NCBI GenBank assembly: GCA_000146045.2
Contig: BK006946.2
Location: 704,001-768,000 of the forward strand
Source: TPA_inf: Saccharomyces
Lineage: Eukaryota
DNA length: 64,000 nucleotides
Reading direction: 5' to 3'
Program-made: the position numbers and the translations under genes
Shown here: positions 45,930-55,806 of the stretch, in pieces
Layout: every line of letters begins with the position of its first letter
Position numbering within the stretch: the first letter of the stretch is position 1
The notes under the pieces: model-generated
Database searches by the model: none
Told to the model about the DNA's origin: nothing
Seen by the model: only the letters and a program-made list of their open reading frames with translations

Positions 45930-47240
45930 TTATTTCAATACAGTATATAGTTGCTTCTCCGATTCCTCTTCGTTTCTCTCAAGTTTTTCTTCTGCGCTTG
46001 TCACTTCGGATATGTCTTCCTGGAAGTGATCTAACTTATGCTCTACTTCATCATCGATTTTGTCATCTTGGCGCCCATTTTCCGCATTCGCCTGTGTATC
46101 CTCTTTTGAATTTTCAAATTCAGGGGTTTCAAATGAGATCAATGCGCCAAAATAGTTTCTACCCTGTTTCTTGGACCTTGAATGGTGATTAGGGATTATT
46201 TTTCCGTAAACGTCGCCTTTTAAATTCGTTATATCCCAATTCAAGCCGGCAATTTTCAGATCAGGATATCCCGTAGGTAATCCAATGTCTTTCATCTTCA
46301 TACACCATGGTGGTAGTTGACCTTCGGGTAAATTCATTATGGCACGAAGCTCTTGGCTAATTCTCCCCGGTCTCTTATGATCAACCATTCTTTTCCAGTT
46401 CGTTTCCTCGAAAAGATTCCTATTTTCATAATAGACGTCACCGAAGCATAACAAATGGTCAGGTTTCCAGTTGGCTCCTATCTTGAAAAACACATCGTGT
46501 AACTTCTTGTAATCCAAATCCAAGGCGCCCATTTTCGGCTGCACTCTTGCTCTTGAGGCCTCCTTTAGTGACTTTTCATCTTGACCATCCAGTCCGCTTT
46601 GCGGAAGCGTCGATCTCATTTGTTCTATATTTGTCTTCTTGATAATGTCAGGAAGTTCAAAAGGTCTTTTACCTAACAGAGAACGGCCAGATAGATATTC
46701 CTTCTTGGACTGCCAGTGGCTTGGAACAGGAATGACATTTTTGGTGCACTTAATTGACGCTAGTAAGCCTGGATATCTTGCGTCACAATCGTACCATTCT
46801 ATAATTTGAGGATACGGTACCTGGCTTTTTAACTGCGAAAGTGAAGGTTTTTCAGTCTTCCTACGTTTTCTTGCCGATAGATGCTCCTCAATACCATCCG
46901 AGGGTGTATCCTCCAATTCATCTTCTGCTGTATGCTTTCTGTTCATAACTGGGTTTTTCTCAACAATAACGACATGATTGTTCTTTTCATCTTTCGTGAT
47001 TTCCTTCGGCGTATCATTCTCTTGCACTTGAAATCGTTGTAAAACGTCTTTGAACTCTTTTTCTAACTTCGCATCCACTACCTTATTCGTCTTTCCTTTG
47101 CTGTTAGTCACCCCACCCTTTTTCTTTTGCTCAAGCCTTCTTGCATCAATCATGGCGGCGATCTCAGCCTTATTATTTACCACAGACGCATTCTTATTTT
47201 GGTTATTTCCGGAACGCTTCCTACTTTTGGTTCTAGCCAT
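45930..47240 (-). CDS. CUS1: CUS1, U2 snRNP SF3b145 homolog, 436 aa
   Basis: A 436-aa ORF with a basic N-terminus at the YMR240C position. Confidence 0.85.
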   Translation of the reverse strand: MARTKSRKRSGNNQNKNASVVNNKAEIAAMIDARRLEQKKKGGVTNSKGKTNKVVDAKLEKEFKDVLQRFQVQENDTPKEITKDEKNNHVVIVEKNPVMNRKHTAEDELEDTPSDGIEEHLSARKRRKTEKPSLSQLKSQVPYPQIIEWYDCDARYPGLLASIKCTKNVIPVPSHWQSKKEYLSGRSLLGKRPFELPDIIKKTNIEQMRSTLPQSGLDGQDEKSLKEASRARVQPKMGALDLDYKKLHDVFFKIGANWKPDHLLCFGDVYYENRNLFEETNWKRMVDHKRPGRISQELRAIMNLPEGQLPPWCMKMKDIGLPTGYPDLKIAGLNWDITNLKGDVYGKIIPNHHSRSKKQGRNYFGALISFETPEFENSKEDTQANAENGRQDDKIDDEVEHKLDHFQEDISEVTSAEEKLERNEEESEKQLYTVLK

Positions 47241-47960
47241 TTCACCACTATCTTTATGATCTGATGCTCTGCCTATAGATATATACTCTGTATGCTACTG
47301 CCTTCTTAATACCTTTCTAAACAATACCAATATACTGTATTGGATTTCTATATGGTTGAAAGTTATTATTCTTGCAATTATAGCCCTGTAATGAAGCTGC
47401 GTGATTGGACCTGTGCCCTCTTCTTCCATTACTTACCCTATCACTTTTCTTTCTCAAGACCTAGGTCCTGTCGGCAAATTCCGCTGCAATAACGCGAAGA
47501 TCATGACTTTTTTCACTCAGAAGGCAGAGAATCACGATTGATAAAGATCACGCAAAAAAAAAAGATGATTGGCTAAATGCATAGGGCGACAAACATGGGC
47601 CCTTCTTTTGCACTCATGTTTTAGCTTCCTTTGTCCCATTGTGTAAACTTATGACAAGATATCGCACTCTAAAAAAAAAAAAGAAAAACGCATTAGCCTC
47701 TTGCATGGATCTTACCTTCTGTAACATTTATATATCTCGAGAAATCTACGGACATTTAAAAAACGCTGTCAATACAATCTTCTAGATATTCGGATTTGAA
47801 TTTTGCAAAAAGTCCGAAGCTGCCCACCTCAAGTCATTGTTTCAACTCGCTTACGGTATATATATCTACTTTCATTGAGATATAAACAGCGCTGATACAA
47901 TCTTTTTATATAAGTCTTTTGTACAAATAAAGCTAGGAAAAGCCCGACGTCATTATAGCT

Positions 47961-48905
47961 ATGCCATCTACCACTAATACTGCTGCAGCAAACGTAATAG
48001 AAAAAAAGCCAGTCTCGTTTTCTAATATCCTATTGGGTGCCTGTTTAAACTTGTCAGAGGTGACTACATTAGGGCAACCTTTGGAGGTTGTTAAGACCAC
48101 AATGGCTGCAAACAGAAACTTCACATTTTTAGAATCTGTTAAGCATGTCTGGTCAAGAGGTGGTATCTTGGGTTACTACCAAGGTTTGATTCCATGGGCA
48201 TGGATCGAAGCCTCCACTAAAGGTGCTGTGTTGCTGTTCGTGTCAGCTGAGGCTGAGTATCGTTTCAAAAGTTTGGGGTTGAACAACTTTGCCTCAGGTA
48301 TATTAGGTGGTGTCACGGGTGGTGTCACTCAAGCCTACTTAACCATGGGGTTCTGTACCTGTATGAAAACGGTGGAAATTACAAGACATAAATCTGCCTC
48401 CGCAGGTGGTGTCCCACAATCTTCTTGGAGTGTGTTCAAGAATATTTATAAAAAGGAAGGTATTAGAGGTATTAATAAGGGTGTTAATGCTGTTGCTATT
48501 AGACAAATGACCAACTGGGGTTCTCGTTTTGGTTTGTCCAGACTAGTGGAAGATGGTATCAGAAAGATCACCGGGAAAACCAATAAAGACGACAAGTTGA
48601 ATCCGTTCGAGAAAATTGGTGCCAGTGCTTTAGGTGGTGGTTTAAGTGCTTGGAATCAACCAATCGAAGTCATTAGAGTTGAAATGCAATCTAAGAAGGA
48701 AGATCCAAACAGACCAAAAAATTTGACTGTTGGTAAGACATTTAAATACATCTATCAATCAAATGGTCTAAAGGGTCTTTACCGTGGTGTCACCCCAAGA
48801 ATTGGTTTAGGTATCTGGCAAACTGTCTTCATGGTTGGTTTTGGTGATATGGCGAAGGAATTTGTCGCCAGAATGACTGGTGAAACCCCAGTTGCCAAAC
48901 ATTAG
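47961..48905 (+). CDS. YHM2: YHM2, mitochondrial citrate/oxoglutarate carrier, 314 aa
   Basis: A 314-aa ORF with a tripartite mitochondrial-carrier repeat structure. Confidence 0.85.
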   Translation: MPSTTNTAAANVIEKKPVSFSNILLGACLNLSEVTTLGQPLEVVKTTMAANRNFTFLESVKHVWSRGGILGYYQGLIPWAWIEASTKGAVLLFVSAEAEYRFKSLGLNNFASGILGGVTGGVTQAYLTMGFCTCMKTVEITRHKSASAGGVPQSSWSVFKNIYKKEGIRGINKGVNAVAIRQMTNWGSRFGLSRLVEDGIRKITGKTNKDDKLNPFEKIGASALGGGLSAWNQPIEVIRVEMQSKKEDPNRPKNLTVGKTFKYIYQSNGLKGLYRGVTPRIGLGIWQTVFMVGFGDMAKEFVARMTGETPVAKH

Positions 48906-49224
48906 CGTGTATTGTACTATAAGTTTTTTTTAAAAAAATTAATTATTTAGCTTAGTCATTTTTTTTTTTTCTGAGGATATTGCTCTTATGCTGGGGTGCT
49001 TCCTATTTGTCTCAACTTGTTCTAATTGTACTAAGGTTATCAGCTATTTACTTCATGCAAACCTTAATATCTATAGATTCTTTGAAAGGAAGCCTTACCC
49101 ATTTACCTCTGGCCGTTCATGAAATGTTGAAATTATTAAATTCTACAGAATTGATAATACATAAAAATAAACTATTAAAGTATCAGAAAAATATTTTATA
49201 TCTTAAAATTCAAATATGCACAGT

Positions 49225-50220
<996 letters not shown>

Positions 50221-50296
50221 TTTTCCGCACTGTTTTTCCTTAAAAGACTTGAGGAACTATATAGATGCTTATGATTGTCCAAATTCTTCAACCTCA

Positions 50297-50386
50297 ATGT
50301 TTAAAATGAAATTTGGCGATACCTTGCCACGGTCAGATTTTGGTACAGGAGGGAACAAGCAGGCGCCCGGCTTAGAGTTGGGCTAA
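50297..50386 (+). CDS. Small 29-codon ORF (MFKMKFGDTLPRSDFGTGGNKQAPGLELG). I believe it is catalogued as the uncharacterised YMR242W-A; there is no sequence evidence that it is expressed
   Basis: An in-frame ATG inside the 65-aa ORF-track entry 50189..50386. It lies in the RPL20A upstream region, and the assignment is from memory only. Confidence 0.25.
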   Translation: MFKMKFGDTLPRSDFGTGGNKQAPGLELG

Positions 50387-50572
50387 GAGCATCAAATGTG
50401 CGCTGGATTCTGCCTCAATGCACTTAGTAAATTGCAGCAGGGTTTAGAGGGGAACGCTTATTGAGAAGCGGTATTCCTGGGCTGGTACCACACCGAAGTG
50501 AGCTTAATTTGTTTCCTGCTCTGCGCGCGCTGAAAAAAGTTAACTATTTGAGACATAAAAACGCTATTCTGG

Positions 50573-50584
50573 ATGTATGGGGGT
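50573..50584 (-). promoter_or_regulatory. Rap1-like site (ACCCCCATACAT) about 350 bp upstream of the RPL20A exon 1
   Basis: The plus strand reads ATGTATGGGGGT, one mismatch from the Rap1 consensus reverse complement. A second ACCCAAACA-like sequence is nearby at about 50594-50602. Confidence 0.35.
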
Positions 50585-50837
50585 ATTTTATGTTTGGGTT
50601 AAAAGTCTCAAAAAAAAGATGAGGAAGGATTGTGGCACATATTGCATACAAATTTTTAATGGAGATTTATAGCTAAAAGATAGCGTATTCATACATTGAA
50701 TAACGCAGTTCTTGAGTTAGGAAGAACTGCCTTCTTCCTATACGTCTAAGAATTAATTATGTAAATAGTATATAGTTTATGTTCTCTGTAGAACCATGGG
50801 ATAAATTCACCGACGGCTTCAGCCCTTTATATCTTTA

Positions 50838-52166
50838 TTACAGGCAATTGGAAGTATTGCAGTTTACAGCGTCATCTACAATACAATTAGATGATGCTGT
50901 AGTAGCACCATAGGCAGTAGGTGAACGCTTTTTTCTACCATGCTCAGTGTTTCCATGGCTGTCAAAGGCTTCTTGAGACGAAGATGGTGAACCACCTGCT
51001 ATGATAGAAAATCTTCTGCGAATATCCTCATTAACATCTCCAGAAACAAATTCTGGTTGAACAGTTGCAGAATGAATACCGTGTTGATGGAATATTTTTC
51101 TTATCAGCTTGGCGGAGCTCATGAATTTATCAGGTGCACAGTCTATTTGAACGTGGATAGATGCAATATATATTGATTCAGTTAAGTTCCAGACGTGGAA
51201 GTCATGGACCGCTATCACGCCAGGTACTGCCAAAATCTCTCTTTGAATCTGATCAGCAGAAATTGTAGAAGGAGTAGCCTGTAGTAAAATTCTTGAAGCT
51301 CTACGTGATAAGGGCAGAGCGGAAGAGAAAATAATAATGGTGATGATTAAAGAAACGATTGGATCCGAGTAATATCTCCAAGAATATTCAGTTTTCCAAA
51401 TAAACAAAGCAGCTGCAATAACACCAATATTACCCAGAGCATCACCTAGTACATGTAAGAAGACACCATGCATATTCAAAGAGCGATGACCTGGTTTCTT
51501 CGATTCATGGCTGTGGTCATGATCATCGTGGTTCAATAAGGGTTGGCTTTCGTTTGATAATCTGTTTACTACTGATTGTGGCAACACTTCACCAATTTGC
51601 CCTGAGGGCCCAGGACTCGAAATAGCATCTTCATCGATGGCCAAATTATCGTTTGGAAGAGATGCATGAGAGTGGGAATGAGTCGCATTAGATTCTATGT
51701 CCAAATCGTTATTCCCGCTTTCCACAGAGCCATGAGAGTGTGAGTGCAGACTATCGCTGCCATGATCGTGGAACAAAAATAAACCTACGACATTAGAAAT
51801 TAACCCTGCTACACCAACGTATAAAACCAACCTTGGGTTTTGAATTTCTTGAGGTTCAATCAATCTTTGTAAAGCTTCAATCATAATAGAGAAACACAGG
51901 GCAATAAGAAAAACAGCATTGATTAAAGCACCCAAAATTTCTGCTCTTTTCCATCCATAAGTGTATTTAGCGTCTGGACCCCTGTTTTTGGCCACATCCA
52001 CAGCCCATAGTGCCACTAAAAGAGAGATGATATCATTCAACATGTGAAATGAATCGGCAATCAAGGCCAATGAATGTGACATATAACCTATGGTAATTTC
52101 CAATAGGAAAAAAACCGTGTCTAAGGTCAAAAGAGAGATGATTCTCAATTCTTTACCGGTGATCAT
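50838..52166 (-). CDS. ZRC1: ZRC1, vacuolar CDF-family zinc transporter, 442 aa, with a His-rich cytosolic loop
   Basis: Six transmembrane segments in a CDF core (SLALIADSFHMLNDIISL) and a His-rich loop (HSHSHGS...HSHSHAS...HDDHDHSH). Confidence 0.9.
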   Translation of the reverse strand: MITGKELRIISLLTLDTVFFLLEITIGYMSHSLALIADSFHMLNDIISLLVALWAVDVAKNRGPDAKYTYGWKRAEILGALINAVFLIALCFSIMIEALQRLIEPQEIQNPRLVLYVGVAGLISNVVGLFLFHDHGSDSLHSHSHGSVESGNNDLDIESNATHSHSHASLPNDNLAIDEDAISSPGPSGQIGEVLPQSVVNRLSNESQPLLNHDDHDHSHESKKPGHRSLNMHGVFLHVLGDALGNIGVIAAALFIWKTEYSWRYYSDPIVSLIITIIIFSSALPLSRRASRILLQATPSTISADQIQREILAVPGVIAVHDFHVWNLTESIYIASIHVQIDCAPDKFMSSAKLIRKIFHQHGIHSATVQPEFVSGDVNEDIRRRFSIIAGGSPSSSQEAFDSHGNTEHGRKKRSPTAYGATTASSNCIVDDAVNCNTSNCL

Positions 52167-52471
52167 GACTCTATTAGTTTCCTGGTATTCCTGACGGATA
52201 TCGATAGGGAAAAATTACTGCGCCAAGCCCTTTAAAGTATCTTGAATGTTATATTCTTTTATGAAACTTTGAGCTCTGATGACTTTGCAATGAAAAGTTT
52301 TAGCTGATGCAGCAACCACCTCATTCCTCACCTTCAAGGCCATCTGAAGAAGGAAAACAGAGGGAGGGACGTTATTTTTCGCAAACAAAAACGGCATTTT
52401 TTTTCTTTTGAAAAATGAGGTTTTCCGAGGGTGTGTGGGTCTATGCCAAGAAATCATATTAGAGTTTTTGT

Positions 52472-52482
52472 TTCTTTAAGGT
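52472..52482. promoter_or_regulatory. ZRE-like (Zap1) element TTCTTTAAGGT about 310 bp upstream of ZRC1
   Basis: Matches the palindromic ZRE consensus ACCTTNAAGGT at 9 of 11 positions, and the conserved NAAGGT half-site is perfect. Confidence 0.35.
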
Positions 52483-52943
52483 TGACCAGCAAAAACAAAA
52501 AGGAGTCACCGTTTATGACTTCCGTTATATGACATATATATTTTCGGCGTAGGTAGGGAAAGACAAATGCACTCACTACGCTGCGTCATGAAGAGAAAGT
52601 AGCAAGAATTTTTTTTGCTTCCTGGGAAGTAGGCTCAGCTAGTAAAAAGGGTTGTAGAAAGGAAGTCTGGCTGAACTTAGCCAGACGCCTTCCCCTTAGC
52701 AGAATGAATACTGTAGTCCGGAGATACATCAAGAGTCCAGAACTCAACGCAAAAGTTTATCTCATGGGACCTGCACCGATCTGCAAACCGAGATAACTTT
52801 CTTTTTATGTAGTAAAGATCTCAGTTTTTTTTTTTTTTTTTGAATCTGTAAACCTACCAGTGCCACGGCGGTAGTTTCTTTTTTCAAGTGGAAGTGCTTT
52901 AGTAGCAGCGGGTCCGCAAAGCATTATTGTTTCTTTTTTTTGA

Positions 52944-53030
52944 TTTCTTCTTATTTCTTATTTCTTATTCTTTTTCTTATTCTTTTTCTTATTCTTTTTC
53001 TTATTCTTTTTCTTTTTCTTTTTCTTTTTC
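52944..53030. repeat. Pyrimidine-rich tandem repeats: (TTCTTAT)x3, (CTTATTCTTTTT)x4 and (CTTTTT)x3
   Basis: Directly visible in the sequence. The block lies in the ZRC1/YMR244W intergenic region, and a 17-nt poly(T) run sits at 52825-52841. Confidence 0.9.
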
Positions 53031-53249
53031 TACATCATCTTACTTAGCTACTCAGTCGATTTCATGGGCGATGTATCGGTGAATAAGAGAACGATATTTA
53101 ATTTCTTTTTAGCTAGTTCTCTTTTTTTCACCTATAAAAATGCAACTACTTTCATATCATTTCCTTTCCCTCAAACAGGTGAGATAAAGATAGGACTCTT
53201 CTACTAAACATATATATTACTGAACGTCCCAATCGAATATCGAGAGAAA

Positions 53250-54317
53250 ATGGTACTTTGCAAATTACTGACACCATATTTCTTACTGTCAATTTTGAGT
53301 GTCGGCGTGTTCACGGCGACCGCCGCGCCATCGCCCAGTATTCAAATGACGGAAAATACAAATCAAGATCATCATGAGCATGCCAAGCGTGGAGGAACGT
53401 GTGCGTTCCCTAACTACGATGGGATGGTCGCAGTACAAAAAGGTGGATCTAATGGAGGATGGGCTATGAGCCCTGACCAAGAATGTTCCTACGGTTCATG
53501 GTGCCCTTACGCTTGCAAACCAGGTCAACTAATGGGGCAATGGGACCCTTCGGCTACCACATACTCTTATCCTAAATGTCAAAATGGAGGTTTGTACTGT
53601 GATTCTAACGGTAACTTGCAAAAGCCAAACAGTGATAAAGACTATTGTTATGATGGGAAGGGAACCGTAATAGCGAAAAACAACGCTAACAGCGGTGACG
53701 TTGCATTTTGCCAGACCGTGCTTCCGGGCAACGAAGCTATGCTGATCCCAACCTTAGTCGGCTCTGGGTCAAAGCAAACGCTGGCTGTGCCTGGTACAGA
53801 CTACTGGGCCTCCAGCGCGTCGCATTACTACGTAAATGCTCCCGGTGTAAGCGTAGAGGATGCATGCCAGTGGGGTAGTAGTGCAAATCCACAGGGGAAC
53901 TGGGCCCCATTTGTAGCTGGTTCCAACATGGACGACAACCAGAACACTTTTGTAAAGATTGGATGGAACCCCGTCTACCTGGAATCGTCATGTCCGTTCA
54001 AGAACGTTAAGCCTTCATTCGGTATTAGAATTACTTGTGATGACGAATCACAATGTGAAGGCCTACCATGCTCCATTGACCCAAGTTCTAATGGAGTCAA
54101 CGAAGTGACAAGTTCTGGCGGTGGTTCTTCCGGGGCTGGTGGTGGAAACTTTTGTGTTGTCACCGCCAGAAACGGCGCCAAGGCCAACATCGAAGTTTTT
54201 GATGTTGGTAGCGGCTCATCTTCTAAAGGCAAGAGAGAACTGAATCCGCTAGACGTTATTACCACAACGGTCACCGAGACCAAGTACAAGACAGTCACCG
54301 TCACTGCCAAAACTTAG
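53250..54317 (+). CDS. YMR244W, a secreted Cys-rich protein of unknown function (355 aa) with a SUN-family-like Cys motif
   Basis: Signal peptide MVLCKLLTPYFLLSILSVGVFTATAAP. The motif CSYGSWCPYACKPGQ...KC follows the C-X5-C-X3-C-Xn-C pattern of the SIM1/UTH1/NCA3/SUN4 C-terminal domain. There is a Ser/Gly-rich region and a Thr/Val-rich C-terminus. Confidence 0.8.
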   Translation: MVLCKLLTPYFLLSILSVGVFTATAAPSPSIQMTENTNQDHHEHAKRGGTCAFPNYDGMVAVQKGGSNGGWAMSPDQECSYGSWCPYACKPGQLMGQWDPSATTYSYPKCQNGGLYCDSNGNLQKPNSDKDYCYDGKGTVIAKNNANSGDVAFCQTVLPGNEAMLIPTLVGSGSKQTLAVPGTDYWASSASHYYVNAPGVSVEDACQWGSSANPQGNWAPFVAGSNMDDNQNTFVKIGWNPVYLESSCPFKNVKPSFGIRITCDDESQCEGLPCSIDPSSNGVNEVTSSGGGSSGAGGGNFCVVTARNGAKANIEVFDVGSGSSSKGKRELNPLDVITTTVTETKYKTVTVTAKT

Positions 54318-54516
54318 CGCGGTTTTTTCTACCTTCCCTTTTTTCATCTTTTTGTTATATATATATACAGAGACACTCATGCGAATTTTCGCAAAACGAA
54401 GAAAAAAACATAAAATTTTCGTTTGTATCTACATGACTATCCTTTAATTATTACCTTTCTGTCAAATGTTTTATGGGAATATATATGTTAATATGAGCCA
54501 ATAACTCACTAAAAAC

Positions 54517-54831
54517 TCACTGATTTCGTTCCCTCTGTTTAGCTTCCTGCTCGATTCTCTTGATGGTCTGCTCTCTCTTAAAGTCGATGACCCTCTTCTC
54601 CTTGAAGTACTTGATCCAGCTATGGGCGCAATTCTCCTCAAATTTTTCATTTTCCACCTTGCAGTGCGACTTTATACTCTTGCTATTCTTGGGGTCCATT
54701 GCGTCCAAGATGTCTGCCTTGTCCAAACACTGGAAGAATGCGTCCCTGGACTCCCAGCACAACTTTCTCTGTGAACGGGTATTAGGGGGTTGTGATTCCT
54801 TTTTGCCACCATCAAATGAAAATAAGCCCAT
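54517..54831 (-). CDS. COA6: COA6, cytochrome c oxidase assembly factor, 104 aa, twin Cx9C/Cx10C CHCH-like
   Basis: A 104-aa ORF with the pattern CWESRDAFFQC...CKVENEKFEENC, at the YMR244C-A position. Confidence 0.8.
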   Translation of the reverse strand: MGLFSFDGGKKESQPPNTRSQRKLCWESRDAFFQCLDKADILDAMDPKNSKSIKSHCKVENEKFEENCAHSWIKYFKEKRVIDFKREQTIKRIEQEAKQRERNQ

Positions 54832-54906
54832 CGCTATATTACTACTATTCCTTTCTGTATATTCGTGTATCTATGTTCCTGCGCAGCGCTACAATAGTAC
54901 CCGTCT

Positions 54907-54930
54907 ATGTATGTATGTATGTATGTATGT
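54907..54930. repeat. (ATGT)6 microsatellite
   Basis: ATGTATGTATGTATGTATGTATGT in the COA6/FAA4 intergenic region. Confidence 0.95.
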
Positions 54931-55806
54931 AGGCGAATCTTCTCCCCCATTCTACAAAGCAGCACCTACCACCGCAGCACCGTTTCACATGTCCGTCTCT
55001 TTTGTTCAGCTCAGCTACAATCGTCAATCGCACTTTCTTCCGCGCGGGCGAGCCCGGTTTTGTTGGATTTGCTCAGGTGCCAATATACCATCAAGGAACG
55101 GACAGGGACCTGACAATACAATAGGCCATTTACATCACAATGCACAGGGACAGAAATTTATACACGATAACAATACCAACTAAACAAAAATATCTCCCGA
55201 GCCGATGCTTATTCCGCGGGTTCGATGCCGAAATAATTGTTGCATACGCTTTATCCAACACGATGGAGCGTGTTGGGCGCTTAAAGAAGAGACTCACTAA
55301 ACTGTTCGGCTTTTTGGCTGCGCGTCTTTGCCGTTTCCCAACAAAAAACAATCATACTTAGTAACAAGAAAGACAAAAGCGCAAACCGAACCGCCCAGCT
55401 CAACCATCTTCGCCAAGTAGCGGCAAACTTATATAAGCTCCAACGATGTCCCCATCAATTAAGAACCCTCGATTGTCGGCGATCTATTTTTCTATTCTGG
55501 GTGTTTCTCGGCCTTCGTTCATCTCGTTCTTTCTACTCTTAGCCCTCATCTTTCTCTTCTGCATTCTTTTCACCTCATTAAGAACATTCGCGGCGCCGCT
55601 TTACCCCAACAAAAACAGCCCATCTTTTGTTCTACCTCTTTCAGATAAGGCTCAACAGATAGACAATAACTGATCATTCTTTCTTTTGTTTGCAACCCCT
55701 CTGAGTTGACATAAAAGCGAGAATACAAAAGAACCAGCATTAGTAACACATCATTTTTTTCTCTGTTCTTCACTATTTCTTGAAAAACTAAGAAGTACGC
55801 ATCAAA

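Noticed and set aside
54560-55183. A 207-aa plus-strand ORF overlapping COA6; I believe it is the dubious ORF YMR245W
   Set aside because: It overlaps the conserved CHCH protein COA6 on the opposite strand. Its translation is low-complexity (LLLFLSVYSCIYV...) and it includes the (ATGT)n repeat. It is most likely non-coding.
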